64,000 bases of DNA from Piromyces finnis finn. Its lineage: Eukaryota > Fungi > Neocallimastigomycota. The stretch spans positions 1-64,000 of the forward strand of contig MCFH01000019.1 in assembly GCA_002104945.1 (NCBI GenBank), in the 5' to 3' direction. The notes below the pieces were generated by a model that saw only the letters and a program-made list of their open reading frames with translations, was not told where the DNA came from and did not search any database. The position numbers and the translations under genes were made by a program. Below, in pieces: positions 13,291-25,775 of the stretch (its first letter is position 1; each line of letters starts with the position of its first letter).

Positions 13291-15853
13291 ATGAAGTGTC
13301 TTCCAAGATTTAAAAAGGAAAAGAAAGGTAACGTATATTACTGTTTAAATGTTCCACTTTACAATAACTATACTTTACAGACCATATCTATTTTTATTTT
13401 AAAAGAAAAAGTAAAAAAAAAAATATAGCATTGTTTTAAAATTAAAAAATATATAAATATTTATTTTATATACGATTTCATTTATACCCGAAATAGGTGA
13501 GAAAAAGAGATTAAAGGAAAAATCAAAGAAAACTTTAAAAAACAAAAGTGATAATGATTCAAAAGATACTAAAGAAAATATAAAACCTTCAGAACAAATA
13601 GAAATTGTACCATTAGATAATAATAATAATAATAATGAATCAAAAATAAAGGATATCAATGAAAATACAAAACAAAATGAAACAGTAATAGAATCAAAAA
13701 ATGAGGAAAAAAGTTCTGTGACCGGTGAAGATCTTGCCAATGCAAGAATTGAAAGAAAGAAAGAATTGTATAAAACCTTATGGGAAAAAGAATATGAATA
13801 TTCTGATGTATTAGTAAGAATGTTACAATCTTTTAGAAAACCATTAATTGATGATGCTAATTCAGAAAATCCAAGCATTACATTAGATCAAATCAACACT
13901 TTATTTGATGGTTTTGATAGTATTTTAAATTTAAGTTGGTCCTTGTGTGGTGAATTAAAATATATTTCTAATATGTATAAACAACTTAAACCAGTCAATA
14001 TTGGTAGGTCTAAATTATTATAGGATACGGAATAATTTATTTTGAAATGCCAAGAATAAAAATAGATATTAATTTATATTAATTTTATATATATGTATAT
14101 ACCTATTCATTTAAATTTATATCCTTTTTTTTTTTCCCATAAATTATATACAAATGATATTTATCCTTTTTTATCTACAATTTTTTTTTTTTTTTGTTAA
14201 AAAGGGGATGTATTTTTAAAACATGCCAAGGAATTTGAAACTTACTTCAAATATTCTTCACGTTTTTCAACTGCAAATGAACTTCTTCGTGAATTAAATG
14301 ACAATACTAAATTTAGAAGATATCAATATGCCCTATTAGAATCAACTACCTTATTAAAGGATGATGATTATCGTGAAGTTTTAAGACTTCCAATTTATCA
14401 TATTTCACAATACAATACCATATTAAAAGAATTATTAGATAATACAGCAAAATATGATCCATCCTATGAAATGTTGGAAGATAGTTATGAATATATTAAT
14501 GAACTCTTTTTAGTGTTGAAAGAAGCACTTAAAAAAGAGTCCAAGATTGATGAAATTCTCGAAATTAGAAAGAATATTGTTGATTGTCCTCGTTCCATTG
14601 TCAAACCAGAGCGATACTTATATCGTGATTTTAATGATTTATTAGAATTACCAACCCATAAACCTATTAGAATTATTGTATTTTCCGATGTTTTATTAAT
14701 AGCCAAATGGGATAGAAAAATCAAAAAATATGTATTTAATCGTGTAGTCAATTATAAAGCTTTAAAAGTGATTGATAATGTTTCCAAGGCCGATACCTCA
14801 ATATTTTCACTTCTTTTATTGAATCCATTTAGTAAAAAGAATTTTGATATTCCAGCCCCACCAAACAATCGTAGATTTAGATCGGTTGATAAACCAGTAC
14901 CCTACAGAGGTCTTCAAAACGATCATAATGATGGTGTTGGTGTTTCACGTGTCTTTTCACGTCTTTTCAGTTGGTCCTTTAATCAAAATATCACTCGTAT
15001 TGATATCAAGGCTCCCGACAATGAAACTCAAGAACAAGTTGTCAATTTGATTAATAAAAGAATATCTGAACTTCATCCACCACCATTTGAACTTTTATGG
15101 CCAGATCCAAAGGATATATTTGATACAGATATTGTCAAAGGTATTCGTAATCCAGTGCCAGCAGATCCAAAAGAAATTCTTTTAAATTCCTACATTTGTA
15201 ATGGTATTTATCATTCCTTCCCAAAACGTTTAAGAATTAAGCGTAGTTTAACACTTCTTTATTCCCTTCAAAATCATGGTTCTAGTCTAAGTACCTTTTA
15301 TGAACGTAGTAATGCTGGTTATGGTACAGCACAATTATTAGTTATTAAGGATGATAATGATACTATCTTTGGATGTTTCACCGCAGAACCATTTAAGATT
15401 AATAATGGTTTCTACGGTACTGGGGAATCCTTCCTTTTCAAGTATCAACAACCAAAGCAAGTGTTGGGTCATCATAAAAGTTTTGGTATTAATGTTCGTT
15501 CCAGTCTTCGTAATAATCTTCGTCATAAAGAATCCACTGCTGGTACCGCCACAGAAGCCCCACATGGTACGCTTAAAATTTATCCATGGGCAAAGACCAA
15601 CTATCTTTTCATTAATAGTACGCATGAATATGTTGCCGTAGGTAGTGGTAAAGGTAAATATGGTATTTGGTGTGATAATAACTTCCAACGTGGTTCATCC
15701 TTCCCTACCGAAACCTATCATAATGAGACCTTGTCTGGAGCCGAACATTTCAATATTGTTAACGTTGAACTTTGGGCCTTCACCTCACAAATTGAACGTG
15801 AATTTAGAAGAAAAAGACAAACTCGTTTCCCAACAAAATTCCAAAAACTTTAA
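13291..15853 (+). CDS. RhoGEF (DH)-PH-TLDc multidomain protein, 3 exons, about 730 aa
   Basis: Exons 13291-13327, 13497-14003, 14205-15853 (2193 nt, in frame, all GT-AG). DH-like segments: RKKELYKTLWEKEYEYSDVLVRMLQSFRKPL, IGDVFLKHAKEFETYFKY, LPIYHISQYNTILKELLDNT. PH-like segment: PERYLYRD...IIVFSDVLLIAK. TLDc segment: LLYSLQNHGSSLSTFY, FGCF, YGTGESFLF, GSGKGKYGIWCD, TETYHNETL, VELWAF. Confidence 0.85.
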
Positions 15854-17664
15854 TTTTTTTTTTTACCACCTCTTTCTTTCTTTCCTCCACCTCCTATGTT
15901 TCATTCTTTGTAAAGTTTTTTATTTAAAAAAAAAAGAAAATAGTCTTTTTCTCTACCCGCCTACCGCCTTTATTCCATTTTTCCAAAATATTATTATATT
16001 TGAATAAAGAAAAGTAGGGGTGGTGGTATATTTACTCTATAATAAAAAGAATTATCTAGTATTAAATAAAAAAAAAAAAAAGCATCATACACTATAAAAA
16101 AAAAAAAAAAAGAAAACAACCCCTCTTTGATTTATCCCATAACTTTTATATCTCTTTCTTTTTTCTAATTTTTTTTTTCACTATCATTCTTTAAAAAAAA
16201 AAAAAGGTCTTTTTTTTTTATATATATATGGTACATTAAATTATTTTGTATTTTATTTTATATCTTTACAAAATAATTTAAAGATAAAATTTTTTTTAAA
16301 AAAAAAAAAAAACATTCTCTTAGGATAAAAAAAAAAAAAAAAAAGAAATAATAAAATAAAAATAAATAAAAAAAAATAAAAAAATCATTATTTAAAAAAA
16401 AAAAAGATCAAAAAGTTTATCAACTCTTAATCTTTCTTTTTTTCATCATTGTAATTATAAAGTATTTATCGTTTTTTAAACTTTAATTATCCAAGATTCA
16501 AACAGCCACTTTTTTTTTTATCCTTTCGACTACCTAAACTCTATCATTTTCCACTTTTTTTTTTTTTTAAAAAAATAAACACTATAATTTAAATTATTAT
16601 TAGTGGTAATAGTAGTATAAAATGATTTCCGTATTTTTTTTTTTTTTTTTTTTTTTTTGTAAATACATGTATACTTTCTTTTTCCATTAAAAAAAACCCT
16701 CATTTTTAAAGGTTAGAATTTTAAAATCCTGTACCAACTTTTATAATGTAGATACACTACAAACACCACCTAAAACCAATTTAATATATTTTAATTAAAT
16801 AGAAATTTTTAATTTTTTTAATATTAAAATAGAATTCTACTAAATATGGCAATTAAATTTCATATAAAACAAAAAAATTTTTTTTATATTAAATACTTTA
16901 AAAATGTAAAAATCTTTATTTTTTTTTTTAAAAAAGTAATTAAAAAAAACTTTTAAAAGTCATTAATTTGTATTGTATTATTTAGAATAAAAAAAAATAG
17001 TTTTTTTTTTTGAATTCATTATTCGAGTCTTTTTTTTATAAAAAAATTTTAATTTTTTAGGATAAAAAAAAAAAATGGATTAAGATGCTTTATTTTCTAT
17101 TTAATTTATAAATTTTATAAATTAATATTTTAGTTATATTAAGAAAATATATTTTATTTTTTTGCTTGAACGTTTTTTTTTTTTGTATTTAAAAATGGGT
17201 ATTCCAATAAAATATCATTTTTTAGGAATAAACTATTCAATGATTTACATTGCTAGAATAGAATTAGTATTATTTAACCATCCATTCATACATTGCCTTT
17301 ATTGATGATTTTAGTATTCTTTGATTAAATGCTTTTTTTTTTTTATAATCAAATTACTATTAAAAAAAAAAACGCTCCTAACCATCAATCGATCGATGAC
17401 TCTTTTTTCTAATTATAAATTAATATAAATAATAAATGATACATTTTAATTTTTTTTTTTTACTATTCATCAAACGACGGATTAGTTTTCATTTTTTAAA
17501 TAATAAATAATTTTTTTTATAATAATAATTTATGATATATAAATAATTTTATCTTGAAGGACAACTTTTTAAAAAAGAATTGATATTTAAAAGAAAGAAA
17601 GATGGTAATGCTTTACCTAAACACACTCGTACATACCACACCAAAACCATTTTTATTTTAATGG

Positions 17665-17690
17665 GTGTGTGTGTGTGTGTGTGTGTGTGT
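17665..17690. repeat. (GT)13 microsatellite
   Basis: Perfect GT dinucleotide run read directly, in the intergenic region upstream of the zinc-finger gene. Confidence 0.95.
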
Positions 17691-19555
17691 GGGCCTGGCT
17701 GCGTGTAAAATAAATTTCTTTTTTAATATAAACTTTATTTATAAATTAAATTAAATTTTATTTAATATATTATGAATTATCCATTTATGTTAAGATTAAT
17801 TATTTTAATTTGTGGCGTCAAATTCAAAAGTTGCGGCCTATTTGAAAAGTGAACTTTTTTTTTTTTTTTAAATCAACTTTATTATGTAAAAAAAAAAAAA
17901 AAAAAAGAAAAGAAAAAAAAAAAAAGAGAAACTTTTAAACTTTATACTAATGTAATTCTAATAAATAATCATTCTTTATCTTTTTTTTTTTTTTTTTATA
18001 TATATATAAAGCGTTTAAGAAAAAAAAAATTTTTTTTTTTAATTAATATTATTTGATAAAATTGTAATAAAAAAGTTTTATCTATAAAAGTTTAATATTA
18101 GTTTTTAATTAAACCATCAATACATCACAAATACATCACCACACCCACGCTTGCTATTTTATTATTTTATAAAGTTTTTTATTTAATATTTTTTTTTTTT
18201 TTTTTATTTTATTAATTTATTCTTTTTTTTTTTTTTTTTTTTTTTCCTCATTCCTTTCTTTCTTTTCTTTTTTATACAAAAGTTCTTTTTCTTTAAAAAA
18301 AAAAAAAAAAAGCAGAGAAAGAATAAAACTGCCGTTTAACTCTTATTATTTAATATTTTTTATTATTATATATTAAATATATATTTTATATTTATATTTA
18401 TATTACCACTTTTTATATGATATACCTCCTTTAAAAATCAATAAATGTTTTTTCTAGTTTTCTAAAAAAAATTATGTATAGTAGTTGTTCTATCTAAACA
18501 CCAATATTTCAAAGAGGAAAAAGGAATAACTACTTTTCATAAAAGAATTTAATTTTCTTTTTTTTCTTTAAAAAAAAAAAGAGTAATTTTAAAATAAAAA
18601 AAAGTTATTCTACTGTCTATTGAATCAACAATAACGATTTTTGTAAAAAAAAAAACAAACATTATTTCTCTACAACAATTTTAATAAGAATACCAAAATT
18701 AAAGTTCACCTGTATTCTATATATCAGGAAAAACAAAAAAACAAAAAAAAAAAACATTTTTATTATCTACTATAATATAAATTATAAATTATATTACATT
18801 ATATTTAAAAGTTTGAAAAAAAAAAAAAAGTTGAATTAAACGAAAATAAAATTTTATTGTTTTATTTGTTTTTATTATTCCCATATTCTCACATTGAAAT
18901 AAAGAAAGAAAGAAAAAGTAAGAATAGTTTTATAACAATATTAATTAAATGAATAATTTAAAAAAAAAAAAAAAGTTTTATTGAAAAATAAAATATATAT
19001 GTAATTCTTAATAATATTTAAAAAAATTTTTTTTTTTTTCTTATTATAATATATAGTTGGCAAGTTTAAAAAAGTATTAAAAGAAACTCAGAATGAAATA
19101 AAAATAAAGAGAACTCTTTCTATTTCAAAAAAAAAAAAAAGATACTAATACTATATTATAATAGTTTAAACATTAAATAATAAAATATTAAAAAGGAAGG
19201 AGGAGAAAAAAAGTAATAATTCTACAAAGTAAAAAATATCTATATCAATTGAAATAACAAAAAGAAAATATATATTCCTTTTTTCTTTCGCTTTATTTTT
19301 TTTTTTTTTTATCTTTTGTAAGTATTATAAAAAAAATTTTTTTTAAACAATATATATATAATATACAGAATTTTAATAATACTCTGTAAAGAGTACAAAA
19401 TAAAAATTATTATCTATAGTTATTTTATATGTTGGACCAAATTACTTTAAAATATAATACGTCGTTATGCTATAATTCTCTTAAATATACTTACCAATTA
19501 TTTATTTTTCAAAAAAAAAAAAAAGTTATATATCTATATTAATAATAAAAATATT

Positions 19556-20758
19556 ATGGATTTATTCAAGTCTAATAATGAAAGTGCTATTCCTGGAGGT
19601 TTATTACCTTCACCTTCATCCAATTTATTTGAAAGAAGTATGGGAGCATTAGTATCAACGCTAAAAAATAATATTTATACTACTCTACCAGATCAAAGTT
19701 ATAATATTGTTGTACAACCACCACCACAACCACCCACTCAAATTCAATCATTAATAAATAATACGCTTTCTCAGACAACAACACCACCACCAATGATACA
19801 ACCTTCTAATACCCAAAATGTAGTCATGACAAATCCCTATGATACAAATATTATTTCAATACCTTCAAAGGATCAACAGACCTTGATAAAATCGCAAATT
19901 AATCCTAATACTAATGCAACATCTTATTATCAAAATAATATGGTCATATCTTCCATACAAAATCAAAATCAATCCTCTCAATCTATACCACAAAATATAA
20001 ATTCATCTTTTTATCATGATTCCGGTATTCCTCCACCACCCCCTTCTTCATCCCAAAATATTATTCAACAAAGCTTATCCTATACTACCACCATAAATCC
20101 TCAAAATCCAACTTCTAGTACTACACCTTCTTCTACCCTGAACGAACCAAATATACAAAATCAACAATTGAATGCTATTAATACGATTCAACAACAAAGT
20201 TTCAAACCTGCATTAGATTATATCGTTGGTTCTTTTATGGATTCTATCGATTCTATGAATGAAAAATTAGAATCAAAAAATAACTTTTCATTAAATCAAA
20301 ATATTAAAATTTTATCTAATGATACAACCACGGCATCATCTAAGACTACATCAAAAATTGATTATAATTCAAACATGTTACTTCTTTTCCCACCTAATCA
20401 AAGCACTTCAACTCTACCACAAAATAAAACAACTCTTTCCATCCCATTACAATCCACTGCTCAAACATCAGCTTCATCTTCCATAATGACAAATCATGCC
20501 TCAGTCCTTCCAACCATTATTATGGATCCTCCACCTGTTTCAAAGAAAAAACAGAAAAAACAAACCCTTTCTAACAACAATAACAACAATGTTAATGATT
20601 CTAATAATAACGCTGTTAAAAATAATAATAATCATGATAACAATGATAATAAAAATAATAATAATAGTAATGATGATAATGATGTTGTTGTTACTGATAA
20701 TAATGATAGTAATAAGGATATCCATTATATTAATAAGGAGGAGGAGGATACTAACGAG

Positions 20759-20800
<42 letters not shown>

Positions 20801-21328
20801 CAACTTTCACCCCAACTAAAAAATAAAAGGATACCTTTAAATACACAACCAACAATTCAACTCTCTCCTGTATTATCATCAAATGAACATATTTCATCTG
20901 TTCTACCAACAAATAAAACACATCCTTCATCAATATCTAATACCAATCCAATATATCCATCACCTATGATTCAAACCATAAATATTACACCTTCTCCTGT
21001 TATACAGACAAATCAACTTCAATCCTCTCCAATGATTCAAAATAGTATTGTTCAGGCTTCTCCGTCAAATACTCAACCATCTATTATTATTCAACCTCAA
21101 TCTCAACAACCTTTCACTCAAAATCAACCCCCTCAATCCTCCTTTACTCAAAATATAACACAGGCTAATCAACAATTTAATTATGGCGGTATTTCAAATC
21201 CATCACAAATCCTCGGAACTAACACTCAACAACCCATTATTGTAAATAATCAACCACAAATATCAGGTTCAACAAACCAAATCTTACAAAATAATTCATC
21301 CATTCGTTATAGCCAACAACATATACAA

Positions 21329-21359
<31 letters not shown>

Positions 21360-22936
21360 CACAAATTCAACAACAAGCTATACATCAAATACAACCACAG
21401 CAAATCCAACAAATCTCCCACCTACAACAATTACAACAACCCCAAATTCAACGACCACAACCTCAAATTCATACCATACAACCACCACCGCAACAAATTC
21501 ATTCAATACAACAAATATCACAGGTACAACCACATTTACAACAACCCCAACAACAAATACATCAAATTCAACATATACAACCTCAATATCAACATCAACA
21601 ACAACAGCAGCAACAACAAATTCAACTCCAGTATCAACAACAGCAACAACAACAGATTCAACCCCAGTATCAACAACAGCAACAGCAACAACAGCAAATA
21701 CAAACTCAAAATCAAGCCGTATATAATATATATAACCATCAAAATGGCCAAATTCGTTCTAATCCATCCCAAAATCAAATCATTCAATCATCATTCCAAC
21801 AACAACAACAACAACAACAACAACCATCTCATCCTCAAACAACTATTATTAATATTAATTCCGTTCAATATAGTGGAAATCGTAATATTATATCCACAAC
21901 GTCAAATACTTTTACAACTCCTCAAGGTCAAACAACTAATATCCCTATAAATTCAATGTCAAATACTTCAATGTTTGTTCAACCATCGCCACCACCACCA
22001 CCACAGCCTCCACAGCAACAACAATTAAGACAACAAACTCAATATATTTCTCAATGCCCAATGATAAATAATGGTCAACAAATTGTAGCGCAACATCCAA
22101 TACCAAATCAACCATCTTCAATTCTAACACAAAGCCAAAATCAAAATTCTCTGAATCAACCTCCTCAAATCATATCCCAAAATCAAAATTCCCTGAATCA
22201 ACCTCCTCAAATCATATCCCAAAATCAAAATTCCCTGAATCAACCTCCTCAAATCATATCCCAAAATCAAACAATAAATATTAATCCACCTTATATTGCT
22301 CAAATGACATCCCAAACACCACCACCTCAACCTCAACCAAAACCACAATCATTTGTTCAGCAGAATCAAATCGTACAAACTCTTAATTCTAATACCGTCA
22401 TAAATTCATCTTCAACTATTATTCCTCAACCAACCATTCAATCGCAACCTTATTATTCTGTTGTAAATACAAATTATACGCAACAACAACAGCAGCAGCA
22501 GCAGCACCAACAGCAACAACAACAACAAGAATCTAATCTTTCAAAACAACAACAGCAAGAAGTAAAATATTATATTTCACCGGTTCAATCCCAATCAATT
22601 ATTCTTTCCACAACAAGTGATTCCAGAAATAGCATGAATTCAAATAGGAATATTAAAAATACAGCTAATAATAATGAAATGTTATCTCCAAAATCTCTTT
22701 CATCTTCTTCTTCTATTTCAAATCAAAATCCTTCCTCTCAATCTATTCATTTTTCAACTGTATATCCTACATCTTCTTCCTTATTAACAAATTCAAATCA
22801 AGCAAATACGCAGCTATCCGGTCAAATTCCATCGCAACAAGCAACGCTTACGAATTATTATACAAATACTACCTCGATGAATAACAATAATACTGTAATT
22901 TTACCTTCTAAATTAGATACTACACATACCACTTCA

Positions 22937-22997
<61 letters not shown>

Positions 22998-23062
22998 GTA
23001 ATGATAATAGTAATAATAACAATAACAATAACAATAATAATAGTAATAATAATAGTAATAAC

Positions 23063-23137
<75 letters not shown>

Positions 23138-23349
23138 GCCAACACCGTAACAACAACAATGGCCTCATCAACATTTACAAAAATAAATGTTGGAAATTCT
23201 TCTACCAAAGGGAAAATACCTATTAAAGCAAAAACTAATAGAGCAAAATCTATTACAGATAAACGTAAACCTTTTCATTGTGATTTATGTCCTCAAACCT
23301 TTAGTAGAAGTCATGGTAATTTTAATTATTATCTATAATATATATTTTA

Positions 23350-23381
<32 letters not shown>

Positions 23382-24184
23382 GCATCCATTATTACGGGAA
23401 ATAATATTTTTTTTTTTACTATATAAAATTAATTTAGATCTTAAACGTCATAGATACATTCATACAGGTATTAAACCATTTAAATGTGAAAAATGTGGAA
23501 AAAGGTAAAAAAAAAAAAAAACTATAAAAAAACGAAAATCAATCATTGTAATGAACAATAATAATAATTGTTAAATAATTATTATAATAGCTTTTCAAGA
23601 CGTGATGCTCTCAATAGACATGCTCGTGGTGAAATTGTAATTATAATATATAATTAAAAAGTATTTATTACATTTATGAAAAAAAAAAAAAAATACTAAA
23701 TGATTTGATTCTATTTTATTATGTATGATTATTTTTAAATTATTAAAAATAGAATTGTTTAAGGTACTTGAGTAAGACAAAGAATAATTTAAACAAGAGT
23801 TTCATGATAAATACAACCACATTTTTTAATATGGCAAATACCTCAATAAATAATAAACCATCTTATAATCCTAATATCAGTATCAATCCTAATACCATGA
23901 ATACCAATACAAATCATATTAACACCAATATTGGTATCAATCCTAATACCATGAATACCAATACAAATCATATTAACACCAATATTGGTATCAATCCTAA
24001 TACCATGAATACCAATACAAATCATATTAACACCAATATTGGTATCAATCCTAATACCATGAATACCAATACAAATCATATTGACACTAATGTCGATATC
24101 AATCCTAATACCATGAGTACCAATACAAATCATATTAATACTAATATTGGTATCAACCATGAATACCAATACAAATCATATTAA
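19556..24184 (+). CDS. C2H2 zinc-finger transcription factor with very long Q/N/P/S-rich low-complexity region, 4 exons, about 1434 aa
   Basis: Exons 19556-23315, 23438-23504, 23591-23636, 23753-24184 (4305 nt, in frame). Finger 1 is FHCDLCPQTFSRSHDLKRHRYIH, the linker is TGIKPF, and finger 2 is FKCEKCGKSFSRRDALNRHARGEINC. The exon 3-4 junction is the least certain. Confidence 0.85.
22134..22270 (+). repeat. 42-bp coding tandem repeat, about 3 copies (SQNQNSLNQPPQII)
   Basis: Near-identical 42-bp units read directly within exon 1 of the zinc-finger gene. Confidence 0.9.
22940..23136 (+). repeat. Coding (AAT)n microsatellite encoding a poly-Asn tract
   Basis: In-frame AAT array with AGT/AAC/GAT interruptions. 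Confidence 0.95.
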
Positions 24185-24243
24185 CACCAATATTGGTATC
24201 AACCATGAATACCAATACAAATCATATTAACACCAATATCAAT
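23878..24243 (+). repeat. 54-bp minisatellite (INPNTMNTNTNHINTNIG units) spanning the end of the CDS and the 3' UTR
   Basis: The unit tatcaatcctaataccatgaataccaatacaaatcatattaacaccaatattgg is repeated about 6-7 times. The last two units lack 8 bp (tcctaata). Confidence 0.9.
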
Positions 24244-24404
24244 CCAATTATTTTTCCAAAAACAAATTAAATATATATGTATATATATTAAAGTACGATA
24301 AAGACTTTTTTTATTTTAAAAAAAAAAAAAGTCATTCATATATAAAGGAAAAACATTTTTTTTTTTTTTTGTATTTATTTTTATTTTTAATTACTTTATT
24401 ACTA

Positions 24405-24435
<31 letters not shown>

Positions 24436-25775
24436 TAATTTATTTAATAATTTATTTATTTATTTATTTATTATTTATGTTTAATTTGAAAAAGTTTTTA
24501 TATACATTATAAAAACTTTTTTTTTTTCTTTTTAATTATAATATTTTATCATTAAAGAAAAAAATAATAATAATAACTAATATATAAAAAAATAGAAATA
24601 TACTCTATTATCCTTATAAAGAAAAGTTTTTTTAAAAAAAAAAAAAAAGAGAATAAAATAAAGAATTATACAATTTAATTTTTTTTCTTAATGAATTATT
24701 ATTTATATAAATATTTTTTTTTTTTTAATAATAATACTTTAAACCCCCCTCCTCAATGAACCTAAGTATTATTCAGAATATTATCTATTAATACGTTAAA
24801 AATGTAATAACAATATCACAAAAAAAGTATATTTATTCAATATAAATTAATTTATTTAAAATATAAAAAAAAAAAATTAAAATATTTATATTTGTTTTTT
24901 TTTAATAAAAAAAAAAGTTGAATTTAAAGACCGCTAACATTTTTATGCAAGTAAATTTTAACTTTTAAAAAAAAAAACAAATTAAATATTTTTTTAATAT
25001 TAAAAACTTTTTTAATTATTATAAAACTTTATTAAAGTGAAAAAAAGAGAGTTGATTCTCTATTAAAAAGTGTGTACTTTTCTTAATTCAATAGTTAATC
25101 CTTTAATATAAAACACCTTTTTTTATTTAGTTAGCATTGTAGATATATTTAATAATCATTTGTATTGAACATTATCATATATTTTTATATTTTTTTTTGT
25201 TTTAAAATTTTAACTTTTACGAAATATATATTTTATACTTTTTTTTTTTTTCTTTTTTATAATAATAATAATAAAAAAAATCTAATTTTATGGTTTTTGG
25301 TTTTTTTTTTGTTTTTTGTTTTTTTTTTTTGTTTTTATTATACTTTGTTTAAATATCAAAAAATTTAATTTTTCGTATTGATAATTAATTATTTTTAAAC
25401 TTTTTTTTTTTTTTCAAATATTTATTTTGTTTAAAAATTATAATACGTTGTAAATATAGTAAAGTTCATTTATAAAAAAAAAAAAAAAAAAAGATATAAC
25501 AAGAAAGAAGAATACTTTATATTATTATCAATATAATTCATTGTATATATTATTGTTATTATTATTAAAAATAAAAACTTGTATTATACATTTCATACCA
25601 TAAAAAAAAAAAACAAACAATTCATTTTAAAAATAAAACCGTTCATTCAATCCATACAAATTTATAATTAATAATTATTATTATTAATATACGGTTTTCA
25701 AAATAAAATAAAATAAAATAAAAAAAAAAAAAAAAGAAGAAAAAATACACTTACACTTTATATATAAATTTAATA

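Noticed and set aside
17665-17700. (GT)n run as a telomeric or interstitial telomere repeat
   Set aside because: It is a plain dinucleotide microsatellite without TTAGGG-like units.
20496-23426. Many short overlapping ORFs within the zinc-finger gene
   Set aside because: Shadows of poly-Q and poly-N codon runs.
23878-24243. Regular repeat array resembling a CRISPR locus
   Set aside because: The units are contiguous tandem copies with no unique spacers, the array lies in a eukaryotic exon, and there are no cas genes.
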